Source: Trichosphaerium sp. ATCC 40318
Taxonomy: Eukaryota > Protista > Tubulinea
Length of the DNA stretch: 64,000 bases
Assembly (NCBI GenBank): GCA_038496445.1
Contig: JALMLS010000571.1
Location: 62,001 to 126,000 of the forward strand
Direction of reading: 5' to 3'
A program made the position numbers and the translations under genes. The stretch's first letter is position 1; each line of letters starts with the position of its first letter. The notes beneath the pieces were generated by a model. That model saw only the letters and a list, made by a program, of their open reading frames with translations. It made no database searches and was not told the DNA's origin. This document shows, piece after piece, positions 12,802 to 27,065 of the stretch.

Positions 12802-15800
12802 ATGAGGTTACTTGTTGTGGCAATTGTGTGCTTTATTGCTTTTGCAAGTGGACAAGTGATTAACCAGAGGGCCACAGCACAGAGTGCGTTGTTTAGATAT
12901 ACATGACGTCAAAAAACGAAACTAATTACGACAAAAGGATTGTGCCGTGGGCACAAGCGTTAGCAGACTACTTTACAGACGCAGCAAGCACCCTGAAAAC
13001 TCCCGAGATACAACAAGTACAATTCAATTTAACAATAAGCTTATCGCCTCGTATTAACCCTCCTTGAGCTCTACGATGAAGCTACTTACGCTGCTGAAGA
13101 CAGAAACCCAGAAGAACTCTCGGAGCGTCTAAAAGAGTTTATTGAAAACATTTTCAACAAGAAAACAGCTTCAGCTGAGGTACAGTTTCCAAAACTATTA
13201 TTTGGAGTTTCTGCGTACAAAAAATTTTTAAATACCTCTGTAGCGTATCGCAGAGCAAGTACGTACGTCATGGAGTGCATATCAAGCGAATCCAAGCAGT
13301 GTTGTAAAGTCCGATTGGTACGATTCTTCGGACGTCAACAAGCTCCCAACAAAATTGGCAGATGATACTAGGTTTCCAAACGTTGCTGGAGGTATCGATA
13401 ACAGCACCAGTGTAATTAAAGTACGTAAATTTTTTTTGTCAAAACAAAAAAAGTGGCGGTTAAAAAAAGCAACGTGACGCTCCCTTCTCTTGATAGCAAC
13501 AACGCATGAACACTTATTAATTTTTTTTGAAAGATTGCAAGTACTGTAACTTTGGGTGAAGTAGAAGACGCTATTCATTGGAGTGATTCGTTGAATGATA
13601 TATTCGTTGAGGTAACCGAAGGAATGCTTTTTTGTTTGGATTGTTGAAGGTTTTTTTAGAACTTGCAAAATGATGACAGTCTTAAATGGCAGTATTTTGG
13701 TTCTGTAGTTGGTAATGCATAGTAGATTATACATAAAACGCTCTTTTAATTAACGCTTATGTAGGACTACATAGAACCTATCCTGGAAAAGGTATTACTA
13801 TTTTATGAGTTTTATTTATTTATATTGTTTTAGAATGGTCTCATAAAGTTGTCAATCAAAATAAAGTCTATAACAATTATGACCCCAGATTTCGACCTTG
13901 GTACATATAATATAAACAAGTTATGATGTTTCTAATTAAGTTTTAGGTTTGTAGAAGCTTCATCTGGCGCTAAAAACGTTATCATTCTTTTGGATGTTTC
14001 TGGATCAATGACAATTAATGGAAGAATTGATTTTGCAAAACAAGCTGCAAACACTGTGATAGATACCCTCACTGAAAAAGATTTCTTCAATGTTATAGCT
14101 GTACGTAGGCCAAACTGGACGGAGGTTTGTTTACTGACAATCTGGTTTTTTTATAGTTCAGAGATCAAGCTTTCTTTGTGAGTTGTTTGAACACTTACCT
14201 CGTCAGAGGTTCTTCTAGTAACCGTGCTTTATTTAAAGAAGCTATTTCTGAATTGTACGTTTGCACGTGTTTATCAACCTCACTCCCTTTTGTTAACAAC
14301 TTGTCTTTTTGTTTAGAAGAGCTGAAGGTGGTACAAATTTCGAAGCTGGATTTCAAGAAGTCTTCAACTTATTGGACAGAACATTTGCCCAACACAATCC
14401 AGATGAAAATATCATTACTCACTCGGCTTGTTTAACTTCAATCCTCTTTTTAACTGACGGAAACTCAATTGAGTACGTGTATACATTAAATAACAAGGCT
14501 ACCCTCCGTGACAATCTTTTTTTTGTTTAGTCCTGAAGACCTCATCAAAGAGTATCAAGAAACGCATCCAAAAAATAATGTTAAGGTATTCTCATACACC
14601 ATGGGCAACAATATTGATAGAAGGATACCTCAAAAACTTGCATGTGATCTCAGTATTGGTACTTATAACCATATCCGTGAAGGTGGAGATTTGACGACAA
14701 TCATGGGCCTGTACGTCAAAATGGATTATTTTAAAAGGCTTACATAACATTGCAGATACTACACGTTCATGGCTGAAGGTGTTTCTGTATGGAGTGCACC
14801 TTACTTTGATGCATCAGGACTCGGTGTTATGGTAACACGTGCTATTCCTGTTTACGTAGGAAGAGAATTTATTGGTACCGTCGGTGTAGATATCACACTT
14901 AACGAGATTGATCAGGTAAATAAAAAACGTTTCACGAACTTTACACAAATTAATGGCTGACTTATTCCTTTTAGCAAACACGTAATTTCATGGAGAGTTA
15001 CTTTTCAGAATCGTCATATGCTTTTGTTATAACTGGCGAAGGAAAAACGGTAATCCATCCACGTACTAGGGCACTCAAAAAGTACGTGTTAAAAAATCCT
15101 TCCTTCTGCAATTCGGGTTGCTAATCAATTGTCTAGCCCCATCTTCCGTGATATAGCAGAGTTGGAGATGATAGATGGCGAGCCACAAGCGTTTTTGCAA
15201 GATGTTAGGCGTCCAATGTTATTCAAAAACACAGGAACTGTTGTTATTGATGGAGCACCACAGGTTATACCACGTGGTAACTCACTAGAATCAGGCTACC
15301 GCGTAAAATTTGTAAGTCAGAAAACCCTCATCATTTTTAGAGTCTTAACCTGGTTCAAATAGGTTCGTAAGACATACTCCTACCGTCCTGTGACTGGTAC
15401 AGATTTTGCTGTTTGTATTGTAGTACGTTACAATCCTGTAATATAGTCAATAGGCCGCGTTAGCTAACAAAAAACTCTTTTAGATTCCAGAGAATATCTC
15501 TTACAATTTAAACCCAAAGCAAGATTTTTCTTCTCAAGAACCTAAAATTGTTTATCACAGGTAACCACCGTACATTCAAGCACTTGATTAACAATAGTAA
15601 ATTAGATTGAGCTTCTACCAAACTGTTCCATTGACGCTATCACCATCTCACAAAGGTCAACCTATTCTCAATGTTCCCGGACGCACTGCTGTACAAGTAA
15701 GGCACTTTTGAAACAAAGTCAATGTTGGCATATGTTAATTGTTCTTGTAGGTGTCTCCTTTTGGATTCTGTAATCCTTCAGCATACCTTACAAAGGAAAA

Positions 15801-17627
15801 AGAATCAAATGAAGACATTGAACGTGTGCTAGAACAGTTAGGTAATACGACATTTGACCCACTACAAAAATGTCCACCACCTTCCTCAACGGATACCACT
15901 ACCATTAAAAGTCAAGTGAGTGGTACTGTCCAATGGACACAGGCCATAGATGAGCTATGGACAGCCGAACCTTTTAGAGACGATGTAGCATTCATGTACT
16001 TTGGCGCAGAAGACGGTGTATTCAGGCACTCACCTAGCTGTTTTTTCAACCAAGACTAACTGTCCGTTCATTTAGAATATATCCAGGAATACAAATCTTC
16101 AAAACATATGACCACACACGTCGTCCATGGTACTTGAGGTCGCTAGCATTTCCTTCACAAACAGCTGTATCAGTGCCTTACTTTGATGAGACAGCCAAAG
16201 ATACCGTACTACTAATCTTTAGCTATTGTACTTTTGTTAATTGGTTTCTTTTTAGGTGATTACTATCTCTAGATCTGTCTTCCAAGGCTGTAGAGCTTCG
16301 AACAATGGAAGTTCTCCATCATGTGTCCACACGCCTGAATCTGACAGGTACGGTTAAATACACTTTTTTTGAAAAATTAAAACTATAAATGTTAACCTAG
16401 TGTTTTAGTGTTGCAGGTGTTGCTGGTGCTGATGTGTACTATACATCTTTCTGGGAATATGTATATGGGCCTACAGGTGTATTAGGACTACCATTTGAAG
16501 ATGAATCAAAGTCTTGTACTAATCCAAGTACGTCGCACCTCATTTGCTGAACTGGCGCTTTTTAGTAAAACCAAAAAAAAGGGTAACAAACAAACATTGT
16601 CTTATTTGATTCTTAGATAACTTATGTTATGTCATTGACAACCATGGATACTTAATCGTTCATCCTGATTACAGCCCGTACGAGTTTTCTGATAGTATGA
16701 CCCTGACAAGTGCTAACACATTATGTTTTAGTGATAATTACACGAGCAAGTTCTTTGGAGAGAAAGAAACGCCTCTACTTCAGGAACTCATAAAACTTGG
16801 TGTTTTTTACCAAGATGACTCTGAAGATTTCTTCTCTGGTTGTGATATTGAATCAAGCACCAGTAAACGAGATTTCAATACTGTTTTCAATTCATTCTCA
16901 GATGGTGGAAATGAGGACACAACAAATCTTGAAAACTGCATCAAACAAATTAAGATTTACACACTTAATAGCACAGTACTACCTGAAGGGAAGGTTATTA
17001 CAAGTACGTTATACAGTAATACTTCACTACGAGATATTTATTTACTGTTATTCAATAGGTGCACTGAACACAAGGTGTCAGAGTGCATTTTTCACTATTA
17101 CGAATATTAAAGGAACCAATCTTTATCTTGTCACACTTCTCGACAATAAGAATTTAGTAGATGATACTAGTCAACAATGTGATGTTATATTACCTACTGT
17201 TACACGTAAGCAACAACACCTATTTTGCCAACACCTATCACAAATTTTATTTTTTGTCTAACTTTTTTTCCTCTTTTTTAGAGAAAGATTTGGCTCCTTG
17301 CGATCAAGACCCTACCAAGGAATTTCAGAGAATCTTACCAACGTGTAATCGTAGAGTAGACGTACCTTGTGCAAAGACGTGCCCTGGTACATCTGAGGAC
17401 GGATTCACGGTACGCTAAGCACCCTGTTTTGTGGCAAACGCTCATTTTTTGGTTTTTTTCAGGTTTGTTCTGGAAGAGGAGATTGTTTCAATGGAAGATG
17501 CCTTTGTGGTATTAACGAAGGTGTTGTAATGAATGGAACAGATTGTTCTCATGGATTTATGCCAAAGAGTAATTTATGGATCTTGATCTTAGGCGTACTT
17601 GCGGTGATAGCGAGCATTGTCTTGTAA
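12802..17627 (+). CDS. alpha2-delta / CACHD1-like protein (signal peptide, VWA_N, VWA, dCache domains, EGF-like domain, C-terminal hydrophobic/GPI-type signal)
   Basis: Signal MRLLVVAIVCFIAFASG; YDPRFRPWF..KNVIILLDVSGSM (MIDAS); LFLTDG; WSAPYFDASGLG; GVFRIYPG; YDHTRRPWY; YVIDNHGYLIVHP; CSGRGDCFNGRCLC; ends LWILILGVLAVIASIVL*. Confidence 0.9.
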
Positions 17628-17730
17628 GAACGAAAAAAATACGGAAAAAAAAAACAAAGCAAAAAAACACATGTTTTTTTTTTTTTGAATGATGTTGTGT
17701 AAATAAATAAAACCTGAAAACTTTTTCCTT

Positions 17731-20700
17731 TTATTCCTTGGATTGAGGTTCTTTATCGTCTTTTTCTTCCTCTTTCTCTTCTTTCTTTTCCTTCTTTTCC
17801 GCGCCTTCATCGTCAACGTTATCATTTTCGGTGTCTTCTGTCTTCGCAAACGGATCACAGCCGGACCACCCCTCGAAATCTCCCTCTTTTTCAGTACTTG
17901 CTGTATCTTTTTCAGCCTGCTTGGTGTTATCGCTGGCACCAAAACCCGACGAGCTGCCAAAACCACCTTGAGTATTACCAAAGCCAGTGCCTTGATTGTC
18001 GCCAACGCCGCCTTGACTATTACCGAAGCCGGCTGTATTATTACCAAATCCACCGCCTTGGTTATTACCAAATCCACCTGGATTGTTACCTGGATTAGTA
18101 CCAACTGCTCTTGTATTACCTAAGCCGCCTGTATTATTACCAAATCCACCGCCTTGATTATTACCGAAACCGCCTTGATTATTACCAAAGCCACCTTGAT
18201 TATTACCAAAACCGCCTTGATTATTACCGAAGCCACCTTGATTATTACCAAAGCCACCTTGATTACCGAAGCCACCACGATTGTTACCGAAGCCGCCTGT
18301 ATTGTTACCGAAGCCTCCTGTGTTATTACCGAAGCCGCCTGTATTATTACCGAATCCTCCTGTATTATTACCAAAGCCACCTTGATTATTATCTCCTGGA
18401 TTGTCTTCCCATGGAGCAGGATTGTTACCAAATCCACCACCTTGATTATTGCCAAAACCGCCTTGATTATTACCAAAGCCACCTTGGTTGTTACCGAATC
18501 CTCCTGTATTATTACCGAAGCCACCTGGATTACGCCAACGGACTTTGCGTTTCTCACTACCTTCTACATATGGTACAGCACTGTATTCATTCCATCTGAG
18601 TTCTAGCAATAATGTAAACAAAACAGAAAATAAAATGATAACTGGTTTTTTTGTAAAAACGATCTTGACAGACCTTCATGCGAAAAGTTTTGAAACAAGG
18701 GCATATTCACTATTGACTGAAAATAATCGACTGATACAAACGGACTCGGCTGCCTTATATATCCATCTTGCGGAGAGGGTTGCAATGATATCGCAGAAAT
18801 GGCATTCTGTGCTTGCTCACCATGCAATTCTTTAAAAAAAAAAGTGAATTTAGTCCATTGGTCAAAACAGTCGACGAGGAGTTAACTCAACAGAGTAGTC
18901 GAAAAAAAAAAAATCACACACTGATCTTTCTGTATGCTTGAAAGTCTTTCAGGTCAATCACATTTTTAGGTAAATTTTGTTTGTGTAAATTTTTTTGGTT
19001 TTCTTAAGTGAATAAACAGGTACCTTTAGCTCCTTTCAAATACGTAGATAGCTCATCTAATCCAAAATAATCAGCCTCACGTATCATAGAGTCGATGCCT
19101 ACAGCACTAGGTACATCCAAAAAACCGTCTCTGAGGTAATTCAATATGAACTCTACAGGTTACAAAATCAGAAAAAAAAAGGAACAGTACGAGACATACC
19201 AAATCGCTCTGGTGATCTATCAATAAACACACCATCGCCATCATCTTTAATTTCGTGTCTCCCAGAAAACATAGCACCAAGCATGGAGTATGGATATCTT
19301 GTGAGTGTCGACTTCGTCGTCTCAAACCTAGTCCGAGTTAAAAACAATCAAAAGTTGTTACATCAGATATAGTAGTTAACTCATACCTTCTGCCACCAAC
19401 GTTAAGTACAACACGTCCTCCCTTAGATTGTTGTTTGTAAACAGCCATTTTATGTTTCTCCAGTTTAAATAATTCTTTCTGGTGTTCAAGCTGTGCCTCG
19501 GCTAAAGAATGACGTCAAAACAACAATTGTTTTCAAGTTCTTACCTTTCTTCAATCTGTCATTTTTTTTTCCGAAATCTTGAATGATTTTGTCTTGTTTC
19601 TTTTCGTACTCAAGCTCCATGTTTTTTCTGTAAAGAAACTATAAGTTATCTGTAATGTACATACATTACAAAAATATATTGTGCCGTACCTGATGTCCCC
19701 AGCGATAACTATAAACTCATCTTTTATTTGACTTAGTCTGTCTTCAAACGCTCTTTTTGCCTTGATCAGAACAGCATCAACCAACTGTGCAGTAGTCTCA
19801 CAGGTGGCAGTAGACTTATTATTCGAGCTATTCCAGCTATTTGAATTACTTTGAAAGTCAACTGGTCCCCAAAAGCCTGCCCCTGTGCCAAATCCATTCG
19901 AAGTATTGCCAAACCCTGTGTTGTTACCAAAGGAATTTTCAGCTTTAGGAACACTTTCGTAAGCTCCGTCACCGTTGTACTGCGGTAGGGGGTGGCACTT
20001 GTAAATTTCTGTAGTCGAAGTCAAGCCGTCCTTCATCCATGCGAATACATGCTTATCTTTAGTTGAACCACTCTCTATTCTACGAACTTTACAGTCCTTC
20101 CCAACACCTGAGAGGATATTAATCAAACCTCCTTGTGGCAAATAGAAGACACCATGGACTCCAGGCTCCATTTGCCAAACACACCGTGGATTTACGGTTT
20201 TGGTGCTATTTACTAAATACAGAACGATATCCGATTTTGTAGCAGAAGAAGAAATAAGCAAGTGCTTGCTAAATAGAAATAAGATTAAAAACTGAACAAC
20301 TTTTTTTTTTTTTTGGCTTACTTTTCTGGGATGTATGTGAACAGACATGTAGGTTTCAGTTGGTCTGAATGAATGGAGAATGATGATGCGACGTTGGTAA
20401 GAATATTTACCAAAACTACGGTTATGTCGCGATCACCACTTGGATATGCAAGAAAGTATTCAGTAGCAGAAGGAAAACAAATCCACTTTGGCTTTTCTGT
20501 TACTGCTACACGTTTGTGTGTAGTGCGCAATTTCGATGCGCCATCTTCAAAAATTGCATACACTTCTACAGCGGAATCTAAAGATTGTGTTAGGAACTTT
20601 GGGTTCTTTAAACAACGGTAGCCTTAGAAAAGAAAAAAACTTTGCAATTTGTGCTTTGCGTACCTTCACGTGCAATAGCGATACTATCACTTCTATGATG

Positions 20701-21426
20701 CCAAGTAACTAGTTATATATGAGACTTAGTTAGAGGAAGTAATTCACGTACATGCTGCCACGTCAGAGAAGATAAGTTTTCCATCATCACCACGTAAAGG
20801 TTCATGACTCGTTAAGTTTCCTAATCCGACACGTGTCAAGAAACGTCGTGTTGAATATTTGTGTTCCTGCCGTACCTTTATTAGTAAGCACAGCAAACCT
20901 CATTTTAGATTTGGTATCCCACTCAAAGTGTTTGATCTCTTCTTCCTTTGGAAAAACTGTTTCGTAGAAAGGGGTTTGCTACGAAAAAAAGTGAGGTTTT
21001 AAGCCTGTGAAGAGTGCTCACGTACAACTGCTTTGATGTTTTTCAAGTCATATACCGAGACAACTCTAGAATGCACTAACGCAACTGCTACGTGTGTTGG
21101 AGATATATGTACGCTAAACGGCCCATCGTTGAACGGTTTAAACATATAATTGTGCGCATTGTTACCGTTTGTAATAAGAACTATGCCAGCGTTAATGACA
21201 CTTTATAAACATGACCAGTACCTTTGTTTTCATACAGTCGTACAACAAAATTTGAATATTTAGCAACTGACACCGTTTGATTCGCATACGTTGTTGCTAG
21301 TGGTACATCGACGCCTACTTCACACTGTGCAGACAGACTTGCAACTGGTTTTAAAACTCCACGCGCAAACCCTGGGCTAGGTACGCCGATCGGAACAACA
21401 ACGATTGCTTCAGGTGTTTCTGCCAT
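17731..21426 (-). CDS. Large KCTD/T1-type BTB protein with beta-rich N-terminus, coiled coil, GGFGNN(Q/T) repeat domain and acidic/basic tail
   Basis: BTB ~19030-19420: RVVLNVGGRRFETTKSTLTRYPYSMLGAMFSGRHEIKDDGDGVFIDR...MIREADYFGL. Upstream exons splice in frame from ATG 21426; last exon is ORF 17731..18621. Confidence 0.8.
17935..18530 (-). repeat. Coding minisatellite, 21-nt unit (GGYGGYTTYGGTAAYAAYMMA) encoding GGFGNN(Q/T)
   Basis: Directly visible tandem units (ccaccttgattattaccaaag etc. on the + strand); about 23 GFG motifs. Confidence 0.95.
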
Positions 21427-21614
21427 GGTTGTATATATTGGGTAAAAAGAGTGAAAAAGAAGAACAGAAACTTCGTTACAAAATCTGTGCTTTCACGTAA
21501 AGTTACAATTCACTGCTTAAGTTTTGTCGTTGTGACAAATAAATGCCAGTCAAAGCCAATAAAAACGCTCTGTGCAGTGAGCCTTGTCTTTGAGTGGTAG
21601 CATAAATAGCTGCG
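21427..21614. promoter_or_regulatory. Putative bidirectional promoter (KCTD-FG protein / ScaA-like)
   Basis: Divergent ATGs 188 nt apart. Confidence 0.5.
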
Positions 21615-24600
21615 ATGCTTCCATCGAGCGGAATGAACCAATCGGCATCGCCTGCGCGTAGGCGTCCATCCCCACGCAGGCGTGCTAACGACAACATGCC
21701 AGGAGCAGAAATTGAAGAGGCAAACGAATTTAGAAGGCTAAAATGCGAACTACGCACCTTTGTTGGGCTAGGCACGTTACCTTGGTGTCCAACCAATTAA
21801 TTTTAGTTTTTAGATAACCAGAAGTACACATCACCCAGCTACAGTCAAACACTCACCAGCGACAATGTGGCCAAAAGAACGGCTGTATACGTATCTGGAA
21901 ACGGTACAAAAAGAGCCTAATTGCATTATGTACAACTTAAACCACTGTAGGCGATCTATACGATGTAAACTATCGCTTGAAAAAGAAACGGGATCAAAAG
22001 CGAAGAGTAAAGCCAATGCCACTCCCAGATAAATATACAACGTACACAGAGTACGAAAACGCAATGCTAGAGTGGAAAGAAGAAACAGAGGCGGTTGTTG
22101 GTGACGTTAAAGTGCGTTAAACTAAAAAAAAAACAACTTTGTAATTTACCATCTACAAAGCTCCCCGACGTTATGGGGCGATTTTATTCCCGCCCACGTA
22201 TGCCTGGTATCACTGGGTTTGAAAATTTTGAGTGCGAGGACTCATTTGACGATGACGACACGATCCGCAAACAGTACAAACTTTAGTTGTTTTTAAAATA
22301 GACAACAAAAAATTTTGACATTTTTTTTTTTTCAACAGACCAAGCATGACACGAGGAAAATCAAGAATAAAGATGCTTGGGTACGAGATCTCAACATGCT
22401 CTTATAGTTTTGAACGTATTAACATAATCATTTTAGCAGTAAAGGAATACGACGAGCTGAGTCGCCATCTGTACGATTGCTGAGTTTTGGTTTTTTTTTT
22501 TGATCGTTATTCATTTTTGTTGTAGAGAGGCTCACCACCACCTTCGCCTTCTTCGGCATCTCTTCGCACTCTGCGCGGTGTTCCATCACAGCCTGATAGC
22601 TCTCGTAAGCTAGCCTCACCAACTGATCAACTCCGTGGTAGATCCACTTCAGATATCATTCCAGCTTCATTGCAATCAAAGCAAGTCCCTTCTATTCTTT
22701 TATTGTTAATTAATTTTTAGCCATTTCGAGTCTCCGAGATGGGAAGCAACGTTAGTACCTCCAGAGCCACAACCTTGCGATTTTGATACCTACAGAGGTA
22801 AGTCATTATATCGTTTGTCAGTAAAAGTGCTAAAAAAACTGTTTTTTAGAATATGAGGGTGCCTTCCGTCGTTGGACAATTGTATGCTCCAATTTGACTT
22901 TCCTTCCTCCGCATGCAACACAATTACATACGCTGCTGCCTATAAAATATACAAACACAAGCGATGTTTTCGACAAGGACATCTTCGAGTTGAGGAAGCA
23001 AGTCAGGTTTATCAAGTTTCCTTTCTTTGAAGCGACGATAGTTCATCACCCACCACTGTCAAAGATAAATCATGATTATGTTTCTAAAATACCAGACGTC
23101 AGCTTAAAAAAGGTACAAAAGAGAGTCAGAGAGAGCAAAACAAAACTGTGTTTCCTTTTTTGTTTTTTTTGTTTTAAGCTGAATTGCTCGCTTTAACACC
23201 AAGTTCTAGGCTAAGAGATTATGGAGATCTATGCCTGATGCTGATAGAAATAAAATAGTGGAATTGATAAATAAGTGGTACCGCATTGTAGGCAAAGATA
23301 AGTCCACAAGTGTGAAACCAATGTACAATTCTTCACGTTTTGATAATCTTTGTTGTTTACTTTCTTTTAAAAGATTGCATGGTACCTGGCCTATAAAGAC
23401 AGGTAATACACAAGAGACATTTCAAATGATGTCATTCAGTGGGCCTAAAAAAGAAGTTTCACACTTTCACAACAATGCCTTCCGTAAGTCTTAACTTTGA
23501 AAAAAAAATTGTTGACTTAACAATTGTTATGCAGGTCTTTTAGGAGCTGATATCGCATTACGTGACTGTAAAATGACTATAGACCGTCATGCTATGCAAT
23601 TTGATATTTGTGATTTTGACCTATACGATCTGAATTATGAGGTAATTTTCGTTACCTTGATTTGGTTTTTTTTTCATTTTTTTCTGTTAGAAATTGGTTA
23701 CAGATAAGTCCTATTTTATAAAGAAGCGTAGTTTGGTGAAAAAACTTCATTTCCAGCAAATGAATGATCCAATTAAGTCGTGGTATTACAACACAGAGAA
23801 CCCAAATGTACGTGATCATCCAGACAGCTACAAAATACAAATTGTGTTTAAACAAACATACCTTGCGCCTTACTGACGTTTTTTTCAATAGAAAGCCGCG
23901 ACCGTTCATCAAAAAGAGATAGCTACACTTCTCGCAGCTCCTAACTTCCTAAAAACGTTGAAGACATCATAAAAGTGCTTAAAGTTCCAATGAGATTTGA
24001 TAAGTTTTTGGTACGTTGCGCGCTTCAACACTTTCGGTTGTATAGCTGAACTCATTCTCTCTAAAATTAGGAATATATGGACACAGATACATACGATACT
24101 AGTTCTTCTGCGAGCCAGAAGATTGAAAACATTATCGTAGAGGGACTAAAGAAAGCTGGTGTAACAAGATTTTTAGAAGAGTTTTCGAACACCAAAAATA
24201 GACTTTATCATGCCAAAGCTTCACACTTTTTGCACGCATTACTTTCCAGTAACACCAAGTGGTTAATGAGACTTATTGCAGCCGAAGGTAAGTTTGACAG
24301 ACTCAATATGGATCGTCCCTCATTGCTCTTATCATTTTTTGTTTTCAATCAATTAATAATTCTTTTTTTAGACGTCAAAAGCATATCTCTTGCTGCGTAT
24401 GGCATCGCTTTTAGCGATGATGAACCAAGAGATTTATTTCCATTTAGAGAAGATATTTATTATTTGTTAAAGCAGGTACACGTGTGTCTTTAGTTTTTAC
24501 CGTTAGTTGAATGAAAGATTTCTTTTTATTTTTTTTGATATTATTAACTTGGTGTATTTAGTTCGTTGGAGCCCCTATCCTCCCTATTGTTAGAACATTC

Positions 24601-26805
24601 TTTATGGAGTATTATATGAGAGAAATAAGTAGGGTTGTAAGGCAGAACCCAAGCAATTTCACTGCTGTTTACAGCTCAGTCGACAGCATCTCCAAAGTAC
24701 GCATTTATGTATTTGTGATGAGTACTTACTTTAATAGAAACTTACAGCAAGGCTAACACAACTTGCAAACGAGAACCCAGATTTCTTTAGGGTCAAGATG
24801 TTTGATGGCGTAGGCCACCGCTCTCGCAAGTTATCAGCAGTACTCTTTCTATTTGCTGTACAAACAATTCGAAGTAATGAGCTTAAGGTCTGGTTTTTAT
24901 ATCTGCATTGAATGACATCTTAATCTGTTTTTAGAATGTGTTAATGCATGATGACTCCAACATTCATGGTAAACTGAGAGCACTGAGTAAATCAAAGTTC
25001 TCTCATGCACGTGTACGTATTGAAACTGATCAGATAGACTTCTTATATAGTTAGTTTGCTAGTAGACGTTTACTTCAAATCATTGGATCCTCTTTACTCT
25101 GGAAGGCCTTCTTTTGCAGGTTAGTAGATACAAACTGTTCTTTATACAAGAATATTGACGTTGTCCTAGGAGCTATAACACCAAGAGGAAACGATTTGTC
25201 AAGGATGTTCTTGAAACTCACGTATGGCGGCACAAATCAAAGAATTTACCTGTCAACTCACTTTATATTTTAGAACAATAAGCCTACAATTTATGCTGAG
25301 GAGCTTAAAGCAATATGTATTGACTCACTTGAGGTACTAAACCATCTCCCTTTTTATGGAAAAAACACCCAAAAATGTCGTCCTGACCATCCATTTTTTC
25401 TTAAGAGAACGGACGAGAAGAGCAAAGGAATGCACTTTTTGAATACTAGAATATTCGATGAGCTCAAACTAAGCATTATTTCAAAGACGAAGGAAATTGA
25501 CCTGGTAAGCAATTTTTATATTATCTAGTTGTCTCGCTCTTCAACCTTACTCCGTTTATTAGTCTGTTGCTACTGCCAGTGAAATATTAGCTGCACTTAC
25601 ACGTGCAGCTACTACAAATATACAGCGTCTAGAGTTCACAGCTGCGCATACGCAGTCTCTTGTTAGACCAAAGAAGGAAACTGTTAGGTATGTCTTTAAA
25701 TACTTTTTTGGCGATCACAATTTTTTTTGTTTTCTCATTTTTTACGCCGCACTAGAGTGGCTATGGGTGATATTATATCACTTGCAAGATTCCTTGAGGA
25801 AGGGGCAGGTCCAAACGCAAAGCTTACCTTCAGAGCTAAAGCTAGTATCCTCAAAACAAACCCTGACGTTTGGTTGCTTTTTTTGTGTCCAAAAACTAGG
25901 AATACAAGATTATTTTGTCTTTGACTTGTTGAGATGTATTGAAGTGTTTGGGTCACTTTTTGAACCATACAGAGGTTTTATCTCGTATTGTAGAGATAAA
26001 GACATTACATCAAACTATAACCAAGTTCTGTCGCAGCCATTACAGCCGTACTCCTTACTTTTCTCCTAAACATTGAAAACTTACTGTTCTTTTAGCATTA
26101 TGTAAACAAGCATGGCACTTCTTTTACAAGCTTCTCAGTCATACACCAGGTACCTAAATCTCACATCCGTATACACTTAACAGCGCTAACAAAAAGTTAA
26201 GGATTGATGGCGTCACTCATCGCTTCTGGCGTTTTTGAACGTTACATTAATCTCATCAATGTTGGTAATCCGCTACCTGTTGTTCGCCATTCTTTGCACT
26301 ACTTCGCCAAGGTACGGTACCCAAGCTATGCTATTTATGATGTGATATTCACTCTTGGTTATGAATAGATGCTGCAGTTGACTGGTGATACAAAGGAAGC
26401 GAACAAACTCTTCGAGAAAGATCTTAAAGAGCTTAATGCGTTTTGTATTGGAAAACGTATTTTTATCAAAATTCACATTATCTATCGTCGATTAGTGAAC
26501 GATGATACTTCTATAACATATCACGTACGACCAAGAGTGTGTTTTTAATTTTTGCGTTTCACCATCTCGAATGAAGCACGTGTTGACCAAAGATATTTTA
26601 GGAACTGGTAAAACTGTATAAGATTTTGGCTAACAATTCGAATTGTGCCAAGCTTTACAAGGATGTAGTAAAGACTACTGAATATAAGGATGGTATTAAT
26701 AGGTCTATTGCACTTATACCACCTCCTTCTGTACACTCTAAGCAGTTCCTGAAGAAGAAAAAGAAAGAGAAAAAGAGCAAGAAACTAGACAAAAAAGTTG
26801 TGTAA
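21615..26805 (+). CDS. scaA: Large scaffold protein, probably Sca1-complex scaffold ScaA-like (repeated P-x-P..Y.EYE.A...W motif, helical-repeat C-terminal half)
   Basis: Two copies of the motif (PMPLPDKYTTYTEYENAMLEW; PEPQPCDFDTYEEYEGAFRRW...LPPHATQL) recalled from amoebozoan ScaA; many exons, helical C-terminus. Family call is from memory, not a search. Confidence 0.5.
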
Positions 26806-27065
26806 AGAAAAACAACATATAAATAAATTGTTTTTAAAGAACGATTTACATCAAGTATTTTTTTTGGATTGACTCAATCATTACCGCAATTTTTTGCGAA
26901 AGTCAATCTAACACTGTGACAAGGTCTTAGTTAAACTCTGAATAGGAGGTTGTCTAGCTTTAGTAGTTCCATAAAAATTGCATTTAGTTTAACGAACATT
27001 GAATCATGTCACTAAAACAACAACCTTGTTTCAAACACATACTGTATTTCGCGCACTAGCAAATA

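Noticed and set aside
17589-18835. Multiple long overlapping ORFs in several frames, and a CRISPR-like look of the repeat
   Set aside because: They are by-products of the 21-nt coding minisatellite; there are no unique spacers, and only the GGFGNN frame joins the gene.
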